Under the pieces are notes generated by a model. The model ran no database searches, was not told the DNA's origin, and saw only the letters and a program-made list of their open reading frames with translations. DNA of 64,000 bases from Eremomyces bilateralis CBS 781.70. Its lineage: Eukaryota. Shown here piece by piece: positions 25,826 to 38,423 of this stretch. The DNA lies in the NCBI GenBank assembly GCA_010015585.1, contig ML975179.1. One strand, written 5' to 3'. Numbering within the stretch: the first letter of the stretch is position 1; each line of letters begins with the position of its first letter. Made by a program: the position numbers and the translations under genes.

Positions 25826-26945
25826 TCACCGGCAGAGAATCCACATGAACAAGAGCTGAACGACATACGAATAGACGAACAGGAACTGGGTTCGTCGATT
25901 GCGCTGGGCCCGTGCGACCGTATAGCTGGCATTTGCGCCCCCAGGCTGCGACACATTGTCGGGCAATAGGACGTATTTGAGGGATCGGAGCTGCACATAG
26001 AGTCAGTGACGTACCGGGCGGGAATAAGGAGACCACACACCAAAAAGAAGGCGTTTGCGGAAAATGTATAGGCGAAAACTGCCCATCCGATCCACCCGCC
26101 GGTACCTTGGCCTCCGTTCGCGATCTCTGCGACCAGTTGCGTGACGATGACCCCGACGAACTTATACCCCGAGTAGGCGACCAGGTCGAAGAGTTGCGAC
26201 TCGTTGCTGATGTTCAGGAGGTAGCAGCCGAGCTTGAGGGTGAGGATCTCGAAGACGACGATTAAGGAGGCCTTGAATGCGAATGATCCAAGTAGTTCGG
26301 GTTGGAAAGCGCCGCGAATGCCGGCCAAGAGGGTGGAAAATAGGACGTATGTTATTAATGACATTACTATCGTCAATAGTCAGCCACGGGAATATAAACG
26401 AACATCATACCATTTCTCCGCCACTTCTCCGCTATTTCTCTGGACTCTGACTTACGTGGAATATACATGTCTGGCGAATTGACATCTTCTCTGGGCGGCA
26501 GGAAATATCCATCCTGTCCTTGGTGATTGATCCGCTGCTGCCTCGACCACGGCCGATGTCTCCACGGGAACAGCACAATGTACAGCTTGGTCACCACATA
26601 CGAGTTCGACACGTTGAAATAATGCTTCAGCGCCGACACGTTCACGTAGCGATTGAAGTTCTGCTCCATATACTCCTGGCCGGCATTGAATGCGCTCTTC
26701 CCGACCTGGAGGCCCATCTGCGCCGTGGGCTCGGTCATGAAGCCCCCGAAAGAGGGATTGGCGGGGTATCCGGAGCCGCCGCCGCTGGGATTGTGTCCGT
26801 ATCCATATTGCTGTTGCGGTTGCTGTTGCTGCTGGGAAACAGGCGGCGGAGGGGAGCGCAGTTGGGGGACGGTTGATACGTGTTGTGGTACGGGATGGTG
26901 GAGAGGAGGCGTTGGTGGAGGGTTCGAATATGCTGGTCGTTGCAT
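25826..26945 (-). CDS. YIF1: ER-Golgi transport protein YIF1/Hrf1; exons 26945-26456, 26366-26041, 25990-25826
   Basis: 'LKHYFNVSNSYVVTKLYIVLFPWRHRPW', 'PPREDVNSPDMYIPLMS', 'DLVAYSGYKFVG'. Confidence 0.95.
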
Positions 26946-27421
26946 GGTGGGCTTTTGGATGTGGTCTCAAAGACAGAATGGGAGTATATAAGAAGATTTG
27001 TCGCCGTTGGTCGTGAGAAAGAGGAAAGTGCAGTAAGTATTGGGAATATCAAGTGTAAATGTGTAATATTTGGCAACGGGGGGTCCAGATGTGAACAGTG
27101 AAGCTCCAAGCCCAAGATGATCCACAAATTTCTGAAATCTGGCCGTATCAGATGCAAATCCTGGGGCTGATGCCACCACAGATATCGCACATGCGACTGC
27201 AATCAACACCAGAAATCATCTTTGCTGACCAAAAGTTACCTCTACCGGACGGGATATCAGGCACGCCGCTTGACGTGTTAGGAACCTCAGAAACCCATCC
27301 TGTTGCCCGCTAATGCGATGAATCTTACGCTTTAATCGAACGCCGTGCCCCTCCACCATCCCCAAGAACATCTGCAGGACCCCGTTGCACTGCAGCCCGT
27401 CTTCAACAAAGATAAAGCGCG

Positions 27422-29503
27422 ATGTTGGACTGTTTCGAGATAGTTTCGACATCCGGGGTCGTCCTGTGGTCGAAATCATATACCTCAATCAGCCCGAGCC
27501 TCATCAATAGCTTGATCAAGGACGTGTTCATCGAGGAGCGGAGTAACGCCACGATCGACGAGAAGGCGAACCCCAAGCCATCCTATAGGAAAGAGGGCTA
27601 TACACTGAAGTGGACGACTATCAAGGACTTGGGGCTTATATTTGTGGTATGAATGCCTTTCAATCCGCGGCTGTGTACATATCGGAGTATATATCACTTG
27701 TCTAACCCTGCGCAGGCCGTATACCAGTCATTACTACACCTTTCGTGGATCGATCAGCTTCTCGACAACGTCCGGACACTCTTCAGCGAGTTATACGGTG
27801 GCCAACTCAAGAAATCTAGTATCGCCAAATTTGAGTGTGACTTTACGCCATACTTCGACCGGCAGATAGAGGAGTTCGAACGACTGGACAACAATGCAAA
27901 GAGCTCGGGACCAGAGTCGAGCGTAGATCTCACCCCGTCTAGTTCTAGTGCCGAGGATGAGACTGGAACGGACGTGTCGCCTCCCCCTATACCAGTTTTG
28001 CGAAAAGAGGCGCCGAAACGAGTGGTCGATCACCCATCCACAGATGTTACACCCATACCCACACCCTCTACCTCACGACCTTCTTCCCCGGCTGTGAATC
28101 ACCTGCTCACCGCGAAAGCTGGTCCCGGCAAGCAGTCTCGACGAGCGAGAAAGGCGGCAGTAGCAGCCACCTCCGCTCCAGCGTCGTCTGGCGACGAGTC
28201 ATCAGCGCGAACGAAGAAAGGCGCAGCGAAGAAGATGCGCACGTGGGATGCCTCTGGATATGCAGATGAAGACGAGCCTGGCAAGGTGCTGGACTATTCG
28301 GCTCCAGCGAAGGACGATGCCAGTGACGCCGCCGCTCCGGCTATCGAGTCGGTCAGCTCCGAGTCCTGGGGCACACGAACGAAGAAAGGGGAGTTCGTGC
28401 TCAAGGATCTCGATGATGAGATGGATTCGATTATTGCGGCAGCAAATGCGAAAAGTTCAACAGCGGAACCCTCCGCCGGAATGCTTGGGTCGAGCTTGGG
28501 GACCATCGGAGGACTGTTCCGAAACATTGTGGGCGGGAAGACGTTGACGAAGGAGGATCTTGTGAAGCCGCTGAAGGGCATGGAAGATCACCTGGTCAAG
28601 AAGAATGTGGCTAGAGAAGCCGCCGAGAGGCTCTGTGAGAGCGCAGAACGCGATTTACTGGGAATGAAGACCAGCAACTTCACGAGTATGCCTTACATAT
28701 TCCGTCTACGATATAACTGCTAACTCTTCATAGGCATCGAAACCACTCTCCGAAACGCCATGGAGGTCGCCCTCCGTAAAATCCTCACCCCTACAACGTC
28801 CCTGGACATCCTCCGCGAGATCCAATCCGTCACCAAACCCACCTCCTCCCGCCTCTCCCCCCGTCCCTACACCATCTCCATCGTCGGCGTCAACGGCGTC
28901 GGCAAGTCCACCAACCTCTCGAAACTCGCCTTCTTCCTCCTTCAAAACCGCTTCAAAGTCCTCATCGTTGCCGGCGACACGTTCCGGAGCGGCGCCGTCG
29001 AGCAATTGCGCGTGCATGTCCGCAACCTAAAGGAGCTCGCCGCTCGCGAGGGCGGCGGGGCCCAGGTGGACCTCTACGAGCGCGGCTACGGGAAGGACGC
29101 CGCGAATGTAGCGGGCGATGCGGTCGCCTATGCGAAGCGGGAGGGCTGGGACGTCGTGCTGATCGACACGGCGGGGCGACGGCACAACGACCAGCGGTTG
29201 ATGAGCAGCCTGGAGAAGTTCGCGAAGCTGGCGAAGCCGGATAAGATCCTGATGGTGGGTGAGGCACTGGTGGGGAGCGACAGCGTGCAGCAGGCGCGGA
29301 ACTTCAACGCGGCGTTTGGAGCGGGGAGGAAGTTGGATGGGTTTATTATTAGCAAGTGTGATACGGTGGGGGATATGGTGGGGGTACTGGTCAGTATGGT
29401 GCATGCGACGGGGATTCCCGTGGTGTTCTTGGGGGTTGGGCAACATTATGCAGATCTCAGGACGTTGAGCGTGAGCTGGGCGGTCAAGCTCCTTATGAGT
29501 TAA
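27422..29503 (+). CDS. SRP101: Signal recognition particle receptor alpha subunit; exons 27422-27646, 27716-28685, 28734-29503
   Basis: N-terminal SRX domain, GTPase motifs 'GVNGVGKST', 'DTFRSGAVEQL', 'DTAGR', 'SKCD', 'GVGQHY'. Confidence 0.96.
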
Positions 29504-29572
29504 ACGTCGCAACGGAAGCACTCCGACAAATTAATGACATCTTATTACATATGCGGGCGTCCATCGCGGCCA

Positions 29573-30706
29573 TCACAGGATCCTCTTCCACTCCTTCCAC
29601 CGCTGTTCAGCCAGCTTCAAAACTTCCTCCATCACCGCCAGATCTGCCACTCCACCGCCAACTTTTTGCAGTTTCCTCAGCTGCAAGGCTCCGGATGCAC
29701 CATCCACAACCGCACTGATGGACTCTTTACAAGCTGTCTCCTCGGAGTCATCCAAATCCGTAAGCAGCCACCGCCCGCTCCCTAAATTTGCCTCGGCCGC
29801 ATCCGCTCCCGCCGTCGAGTTCGTCATCCGCGGCTCGGCCGTAGAATCGAAGATGCCAAAGGAGACCGATACAGGTAGACCTCTGAGCGTCAGCGAACGC
29901 GACCTCTCCAAATCCGCATCGCAAAGGATCATTTCCCTCTCTTCATCCCACCATGCATGCGGCAACGTCGTGTTTTTCAGCGCCGCCATGACCGCACCCC
30001 AAGCCGCGTCGAACGCATTCCCATCCAGGGAAATGAAGAGGATATCGATATATATCGCCCAGTACGCCATGATGCTTTCCTTGCCCGTTTCGTCGCCATC
30101 GTCGTCCCTCTGCTCCTCGCTAGCATCGACGTCCATCTCTTCCTCATCGCGAGCCATCGTCGACCGACTCCCCCAGATCTCCAATTGATCCAGGGACACC
30201 AATCGTGTCTCCTGAAGCGTCTCCAGCAACCGCTCCGCCAACGTCTGCGCCAGCGCAGTGGGTGCGGTGCCAGGCAAATGCGCCGGGTGGGATCCCGTGC
30301 TGAGTTCCACATTCGGCACCAGGAGCCCTAGCTCTGCGAGCGACTTCGCCTCGTCATCCTCATCCAATGGAGGTGCCGAGCCGCCTACTTCCCGTAGTCT
30401 CTTCGAGCTCGGAGGCGGATTAGGAATGTCTTTCGCATACAGGAGCTCGCCTTTGATTCCCGCGACCACCGCGGTGTCGCCAAGGCGGACGACAGCACTG
30501 CCATTCGCGTGGGCGAGACTGTTGGTGTTGATGACGGGAACGCGAGACTCGGTCGCCAACCGGCCATTCGGTCGGACGCTGGGACGCTTGCGCTTCTTGG
30601 TGGAGGATTGTGGTTGTGTCAGGTGGGCGAGGAGGAACGATGAAGGAGCTAATGCGGCGAATATTGGGGCCGGCAGAGAGAGGGCATGTTGCGATGTCGA
30701 GGACAT
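29573..30706 (-). CDS. RRP43: Exosome RNase PH-like subunit Rrp43, intronless
   Basis: 'RPNGR..TESR', 'SLAHANGSAVVRLGDTAVVAGIKGE', 'LLVPNVEL', 'YIDILFISLDGNAFDAAW'. Confidence 0.85.
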   Translation of the reverse strand: MSSTSQHALSLPAPIFAALAPSSFLLAHLTQPQSSTKKRKRPSVRPNGRLATESRVPVINTNSLAHANGSAVVRLGDTAVVAGIKGELLYAKDIPNPPPSSKRLREVGGSAPPLDEDDEAKSLAELGLLVPNVELSTGSHPAHLPGTAPTALAQTLAERLLETLQETRLVSLDQLEIWGSRSTMARDEEEMDVDASEEQRDDDGDETGKESIMAYWAIYIDILFISLDGNAFDAAWGAVMAALKNTTLPHAWWDEEREMILCDADLERSRSLTLRGLPVSVSFGIFDSTAEPRMTNSTAGADAAEANLGSGRWLLTDLDDSEETACKESISAVVDGASGALQLRKLQKVGGGVADLAVMEEVLKLAEQRWKEWKRIL

Positions 30707-32689
30707 CTTGCTCGTATGGTTATTTCTGAGGCGACTGGATCCTTTTCGGTCAGTCACATTCAAGTGGACGTTCGTGGATTCTATTGAAGACGAGAATGGG
30801 GGGGTTGATATTTCTGTTGATATTTCTGTTTGAGAGGTGAGGTTCGATGACGGGAATTGACCAATCAGCGTTGGCCGGAGCCTTTGACAACAACACTAAT
30901 ACAACTGAAAGTCCAGGTTCAACTCAAGAGCCTCATACTTTTCCTTCCACAACTTCATTCATTATTCGGTAGAATTACACCTATTACGAGGCTAGGCACC
31001 GCATTAGATCAACTAAAAACATAATTGGGATGGCTCCATGATGCTGCACCATTTGGCTACCCCAGATTGTGGCTACCGTTCGCTTGGGATACGATTGTTA
31101 CACGCATATTGGACGGCACGGTCAACCTCTGACATCGACCACAAACGAAGTACGCGAGTTCCTACATTGACAATGGTCGATCCAGGCCTTAGATCCGGAT
31201 CTCTAAACCCACGATCGTCCATTCGACTATCATTGACCACCGTCCCCTGATGCTTCGACTTCACCTTCAAGCATTCCGGAAGGGTTTAACGACCCGGGAA
31301 ACTGGGTCGACCGGTCACCAACACCCAAGAAACGCACACTCCAGCATGTGCTCGTCATCTCAGCAGGTGTTCATGCTTCATTATTACCCAGATGCCATGT
31401 CCATGGCTAGCACTAAATCAGCGTTTCTTGCAGGATCGTGAACTCCTTTGAAGCCCATACCTTAGCAAGATAAGGAAGACGCAGCTATCTATCAAATCAA
31501 AATATATTCTTGGATGGGCCATCATGGGAATACTACTCACCAATCACGAGCTCCCTGTTTCTCTTCATCTTCGTCAAGGCAAGGGCCGGGGCTTGACGTA
31601 CTCAAGCTCCATGCTTTTTTCAACTTCTGCCGTCTCGTCCTGCATGATTCTGGCACTCTGCCTTGCATTAGAGCAATACGAGTGCTAGGTACCCTGAGTA
31701 TGTCCTGGTTCGGTATATCTGGGACACTCCTTTCTCAACGTCTGTCTTATTCTACTTTCACCGTCTCGACCGAGAGCCGGACTAGAGGCTCCGAGGACGT
31801 GTTTCATCCAGAAGGTCGGGAAGTCGTGCGTTGCAATGGAACCCCTATGTCTCACTGCTTTTCAAACAATCCGGAATTTCGACAGCCGCGTCCCAATGCG
31901 ATATGTCGCATAATATTCCGATGCTTGCTGCATATATTGCATAAATTGGCCGCATGGGTTCCCGTCTTTCTAGGACCCACAGCGGCTCAGTCCTCGAAGG
32001 CCCCGTATTATTCAATGAGCATTTCAGAACCTCTCTTGGAAGTTGGAATTCCGACTTCCCGTGGCATTGCTTGTAATGCCTTGTAGTCAAGTTGTCGAGC
32101 AGAGAAATTTTCTGGATGGGCGAATGCGACGATGTTTGCACTGATCCGGATATAAGATTAATATCGACCTAGGGAAGAGAGATATGACGAATACGACGCC
32201 CTTGTCCTACACACATTCAGGGAATGACGAATTTTGATACTAACTAAACACCAAGGTCCACCAGGCCCTCGTTTGCGAGAGTAACTAAAGATGGAGAGCG
32301 GCACAGCATGATTGAAGGCTTCCCCCCGTGGCTCGATCTCCTTTGGCTTGCAAGGTTGGCAAAGGCTTCATGGGAGAAGTCCATGGGGCCTGGACTGTTC
32401 ACTACAGAGTACAGACCACGACCTTGGGACGGTTTTATGGACCCTGTGTTGGATGTTCTATGCCAATCGAAGTACAAACCCGACTGCTCGACATGGAAGC
32501 GGAAGTGATTGGAAAATTTCTTCGATCGCGGTCAGTGTGTTGAAATACGACGGCTCCTTCCTTGATTTTTTCACGACATCATCATTCTCTGGCTCTAATA
32601 TTGAAAAGGCGCATTGGTACTCGACCCTCCACATCTCGTCGGTAGTTTTCTCGCACGCACCCTTCTTCAACAAGCGCGCCAACATCACC

Positions 32690-34212
32690 ATGGCCGACGC
32701 CGACGTCCAGAAAGCACAGGAGGTTGAACCTCCAAAGGAGGAAGCTGCTCCAGCACTTCCCGACTATGTCCTCGATCCCAATGCGGTCATGAACGATGTC
32801 CAAGCCGAATGGCGCTATGGGCGACCACCAGACTACACCAAGACGAGGAAAGTCTGGTCAGACAGTAAGGGATATTTCCCATTGAAATCCACTCTGGATC
32901 GTTACATGTTTACATTCTGGTTGTGTTGGTTCACTGGGAATAAGCTTCACCACCCGGTATCGAAGTCACTTAGGGCCGTCATGGAGTCAATCCTCTGGAT
33001 CCAGGCCTGATTTCCCAGTGGATTTTCTAGTCGGAAGTCAATGTTATACTTCGATGCTCAAACCATTGTGAGCTCTAATGTCAGACCTTGGGTTCTATCT
33101 TTTAGGATTTGGACGATTTCTAGTACTTCATGTTCGGATGTCTATCTGTTATTGGGATTTCTACCATCCATTATATCTCTCATCGTTAATCCTGCGCTGT
33201 TCCACTGGGCGTGCACGTTCCTTACTTCACCACGTCACTGATAACACTCCTAACTTACTCGCAGCTAAACGCATGAACCACGAGCATGGCAGTCTCGAAT
33301 TCCTGGTCGAGAACCTGGTCAAGAATTGGGAGATCGAAGCGTCGTTCAAGCCCGCCCTGAAAGACTGGCGCACAGTCGATCATGACAACTACAGCTTTGC
33401 CATCAATGGCGGGCCCCCGCAAGATGCTAACCATATGCTCGATGTGGGCACATACAATGCCATCATCGCTCCAAATGAGTACTATGACCCGACACACAGT
33501 GATTTTGCCAGTAGTCACAAAACATTCAAGCGCATGATGCCCACTTTTGCGTGGGAGGTTCTGGAAGTCTACTCGGGGCCTCCTCGTGTCGCGTTTCGAT
33601 GGCGGCATTGGGGAGTGATGAAGAACGATTACGTGGGATTCAATGCGTGAGTGATACACAGTCGCAGAACCGAGAGAGCACATCTCCGATCCTCTTCAGC
33701 CGAGCTAATAGACGAACAGCAAGGGGGAAAAGGTCACAGCCAAGGCTCACGGTGACACGATCGACATCGAAGGCGTCACAGTCGCCCTCGTGGATGATAA
33801 GCTCCGCGTGCAGAAGTTGGAGACTTGGTTCGATCCGCTGATCATGTTCCGGCAAATCGCCCCCAATGGCGTCGTGAACAAAATCCCCGTCGAACCGAAA
33901 GCCTACGAGGAATGGGGCAAGGATGAGCACGGGGAACCTGACGAGACGTCAAATGTTGCAAAAGACACCCGATTCACCCCGCCAGTCGTCGAGAATGCTC
34001 CGTCAGCGACCACAGCAGGCGGATGCCCTTTTGCGCCAGCAATTCCGAGCGAAACTCCGATCGCGCTGCCGTCCGACCATCCGCCGATCCCGACCAGTTC
34101 CTCCTCCGCTCCCACTGTTCCCGCCACTGTGGCGGACACGTCCGCCCCCTCCGATGCAGCCACGGGACCAAGCGACTTAGTCGAGCGTGGGAAGTCGGAG
34201 GCGGGCGCTTAA
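32690..34212 (+). CDS. SnoaL/NTF2-fold 'pathogen-related protein' homologue; exons 32690-32864, 33265-33646, 33720-34212
   Basis: 'WRYGRPPDYTKT', 'GSLEFLVENLVKNWEIEAS', 'GTYNAII', 'FAWEVLEVYSGPPRVAFRWRHWG', 'ETWFDP'; 400-nt first intron. Confidence 0.88.
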
Positions 34213-34364
34213 GGTGGGGAGTTAGCGAATATGGAGGAGGCAGAGCATCGGTTCGCGGTCAGTGGTAAGGAAGAAGCGGAAGAGGACAAGTGGAGGATCG
34301 GTTGCTGTGGAACCAGACTAGATGTTACTGGGCGTCCTTGGTGCCGCGAGGGTCCTTCGAGATG

Positions 34365-36251
34365 TGAGTCATTCTGAGGGGTCAGTGCTGGAGGAAGATA
34401 TGATCGGGATGGGATGCGGTTGGAGATTTGGCGGATCATGAATTTGCATACACGGTAGATACAACTGGCTAGATTGGATGCTTGTTCGAGGCCGACCTAG
34501 TTTTGCTGGCCTCGTGATAGGTAGTCGTTTGAGATGATAGTTGATGAGCCCACTCCTACACTCATTCCTCTGTCTGCAGAAGGTTGCCTACGGATGGTAC
34601 CCTATGAATACGCTACACGCTACTATGAACTTTATTTAGTCTTAAAAAATGGACGTGTCTCTCTTGGTACTAGGTATATCTGGCCTCTAAGACATGGTCG
34701 TATGGCTAATCCCGATTTTCGATACTTGGTTCATTATGAGTCATTTCAGTCCCACCTCATAATATCCACATCGGCAAGAATCGTGAAAGCTCCACATCAA
34801 CAGTGATAGGACCACACGGATATCTTAAGCAATCTTATCCTCAGATCTGCAATCTGAAACACTCTTTCGATGCCCAACAAATCACGTTATTATCTCTTAC
34901 CTTGGGTCGCACCTTGGCTGACCACGTAGCCACAGCAAGTGCTGTGAAGAAACATATTTCAGTTCTAGTATAACACCAGCCACAATCCACCTAGCTGCCT
35001 GTACTAGCTTCCTACATAGTAGTTTTGTGACACACCCGAGTCGGACACTGCGTCCTATTCCTCCAATATCAGAATCATGAGCTTCGGCCCAGGCCACCCC
35101 ATCCTCTCCATCTCTGACTCCCAGTTATAACTTACTGGCATCTATCTCGTCGGATCCTCTAGCGATTGCTCCCGAACAAGGCTACGGCGAACTCGATATT
35201 AAGACGGCTATCATGTCTTACAACCGGAGCAGTGGGCACAACTCTGCTGCCTAGATTTCATGTCTGAGCCTCGCCACCCATCAGACCAGGGGACGACGTG
35301 GATGGCGGAGCGATCCACTGCAAACGTCAGGAGGTCTGGCTCGTTGCTTACGCTAATCCCGCCTAGATCGTCGAATAATCGAATTTGAGATACGATTCGA
35401 TTGCGATTTACGACTGCTTTGCCTCACGGGCTTACTTACATTGTGAAGACCGTGCAGACTGGAGGTGGCTTTCGTCCGTGTAATCAGTCACTCTGGTGAT
35501 GGGAAGATGCGCGATCGGCTCTTCTCACGGGCCGAACAGTGGTCAATATCACGATTTGCTCTCGCATTTCATCGAATTTCGGAATGATTCGGCTTTGAAG
35601 AACTTCCTGAATCCTGAGTCAAATGCCCATGTTTTCCTCTCAAACACGGCCAAGGAAGAATGACACGATAGCCGTCGGCACGCTCGAACCAACGATGCCC
35701 AGCCCATTTCTCCGAGGAAGCGCCCAGTCATCTCCGAATCCCGGGTTATCGTGGAAATGCCTTTGGATTTTGGAACGGATGATCCCGCCACAGCCCACGC
35801 TTCTCCCTTAACTCCTTGAGCGATGAAATTGTCGATTCTCCGGAGCCAAGCGCTCGAGGTGGCAACTGTAGCGATCAGCCCAACAATGGCCGTGGGCGCT
35901 TTCAAGTTTCATTGATTTCAAAGTCGCAAAGACCAGCCAATCATGACGAGGTAAATGGTGATTAGCAATCTCAGTGCACGTGACTTATCCAAGATCCAAA
36001 TCAATGTCTCTTTCCGAATCGGCCTCGCGTCGATTTTCCTTGGATCGTGAGAGATCAAGTTACATAGGATTCGTTGCCTACGGGCGTATAGACGTTGTGG
36101 TCATCCGTCCTTCCCAAACGCTTGTAGCCTAAATACAATCATGTTCTACCCACCATTGTCGGGACCGTGGCGGTAGGGGATTGCGCTTGATTGCTGCCCT
36201 GACGACGAGGAGGTCGAAGGGGTACCAATTACCATGGCCCGACATGAGTCA
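34365..36251. promoter_or_regulatory. Cluster of four TGAGTCA (Gcn4/CpcA/AP-1-type) motifs
   Basis: TGAGTCA at 34365, 34737 (full ATGAGTCAT 34736-34744), 35615 and 36245. Function is inferred only. Confidence 0.4.
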
Positions 36252-38384
36252 AAAAAGGCCGGTAATCCTGCCCAACGCAGGGCTTTTAGTCGCCACTACA
36301 GCCGGCTCCGTCGCTGACACTCGCTCACTAATTAAGCTCCTTCGGGATTAGCGCGGGTCCTCTACGTTCGGCTGCAGGGAAGTTCTCCGCTCCTTGAGTT
36401 TCCATCGAAACGATGCACAATTCCACAGATAATTGTGGACATGTGCCCCCGAGAAGGATGATCCCGTACGAGTGCTGGACGCAGGAAAGCTTTTAGAGGA
36501 GGGAGAATTCGGACGCGAAATGCAGTGAGAGGCAAAGGGTCGAGAGGGGAGGGAGTTGTTGATGGGTCCCTCGTGCCTGTTCGACCACGTTGTCGTTCCC
36601 ACTTCGAAACATTTCTCGTCCGATAAGTTTAGTTCGCGACATATGCACTGCAACTTCCAAGAACACATGCCTGCCATCCCTAGCTTAGGCTTCTTGCGAC
36701 GTATCCAGTCAGTGAGGGACATTCTTCCCAGGCGGATTGTGTTATTTGTGCCTGCTCACCTGTGACGCAAACCGGGCAGGGCGGAGGCATTCGAACACTA
36801 GGTATCCGGCGCGATGGTAGCGGGGTAATCAAAATCATACTCTCCCGCACCAAACACGGCGAGGGGGGTCCTTTCTCCAAGGACCAAGTCATCCGGCGCT
36901 GGAATGACTTTTCAATTTCGGAGTCAAAAGTACAGTCGTCTGTGCGAGAGCGACACGTCCACCGACGGCGGCAATCGGACGGAAGCACTCCGAGAAGCAA
37001 TCAGCCCCAAGGTAACCCCCAACTCGACCAGATATTTGACGGACAACGAGCATGAAGGCGGACGAGACAAGCGCCCCTGAAGTCATCTTTGCCTTCGCCG
37101 TTGGATTTTTGTCGCCTCTCATGATCGATCCTTTGTCGAGACCTGGATGCGTCAGGGAACAAACGCAAGGTCCACCCACCATGAACAAATTCATCACCCA
37201 GGCAGGTGTTGTCGCAGTCTTTTTCAGGTTAAGCGCTCCGCAGCAAGTGGCCATGCAACCTTGGGATTTATCATTTACGGCACTAAGCTCCTTAGCCTCG
37301 CTCTGGTAGGCTACAAGGTGGAGGAGGGCACAGCAACGATGTTTTGGCGTGGTGTTAGAGTACAAGGAAATCTAGCTAATTAATCGGAGGATGGTACGAC
37401 GACGAGGGAGTGCGGGGTGGTTGCAAGGCTGAGTGGATGGACTGATTATCGCCATGTTCTTCGTATTCCAGAACATCATTAGGCAGATAGACTGGACCGT
37501 TTGTGTGCTGGCCAAGTGGTGAGGTGCAACCTCATGGGCTGGCGGAAGGTTCGGAGGAGAACTAGCAATTACGGCGAGTCGAACGGGTGCAGCCAAAGTT
37601 TAGGAGGATGGATGGACCAATGGACCAATGGATTATTTCAGCAGCGGGATTCGATGGCGAGATTTATGCATGCAATACGGAAGTCGAGTGGTGGTTAAAC
37701 GGGAAGGGATAAGGGGGATCAGAAGGAGAGTCTCCGAGAGGCAGGCTTGACCAATATTGAAATGCAGAAAAGAGCTGTTTCGACTGTTCCACAAACTCTG
37801 AGTGGGAGAGCGCGAGCTGCCTAGTTTAGATGAAGTGATGAATAATGAGTTATGGATGGATGATGAATGGCTGAATATTCAGTAGCTGGACGACAGGATG
37901 AGACTTGGGGTAGAGAGGCACTGGGATAAAGCGAGAGGATGAGATGAGATGGAGGTCTTGGCACCTGGAATCAATGATGGAGACTGGGAGAGAGACTGGA
38001 GACGGGAGCCGATGGACTGATGGACAGATGGAGATTGGAGAGGCGCGAGGGGGCTTGGACCACCGACCACTGGACTAGGCAAATGAAATCGAGTCATCGC
38101 ATCGCCCCCCCGACCGCTCACTGAACCACCGAGCAAAGGAGGAGAGAGTGTGACACACCACCAAAACCCATCGCCCACCACATTCACCTCGTCTTTGGCT
38201 GACCGATTCTGTGAATACTTCCATCTGGCTCTCCCCATACTACAGATTACAGACATCTCCCCTCACCCCCCTCCTATCACGATTGTCCGACAACCCAACA
38301 CCAGAACTTCTATCGTTTCTTTCACTCCTCTTCACACTTCAACTCTCCCTCCTCTACTGTGTCCATCTCACCCCAGCAACCACC

Positions 38385-38423
38385 ATGGCTTCTCTCACTC
38401 CCGACGAGCGCTGGGCCCTCTAG
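38385..38423 (+). other. Candidate uORF (MASLTPDERWAL*) in the putative long leader of the cyclin gene
   Basis: First ATG after the CT-rich stretch, in strong context CACCATGG; closed by TAG at 38421-38423. Confidence 0.4.

Noticed and set aside
30804..30830. 12-bp tandem GTTGATATTTCT x2 upstream of RRP43
   Set aside because: Short slippage duplication with no recognisable motif.
31514..32086. 190-aa ATG ORF in the RRP43 / pathogen-related-protein intergenic region
   Set aside because: No motifs, composition looks non-coding and it lacks the codon bias of neighbouring genes.
32865..33264. TPP riboswitch, C/D snoRNA or stwintron in the long intron
   Set aside because: No CTGAGA...TGATC...GATAA TPP core, no RTGATGA C box, and no split donor pattern.
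35549..35905. ORF with a signal-peptide-like start (MKAPTAIVGLIATVA...)
   Set aside because: Starts at TTG, not ATG, and the remainder is not protein-like.
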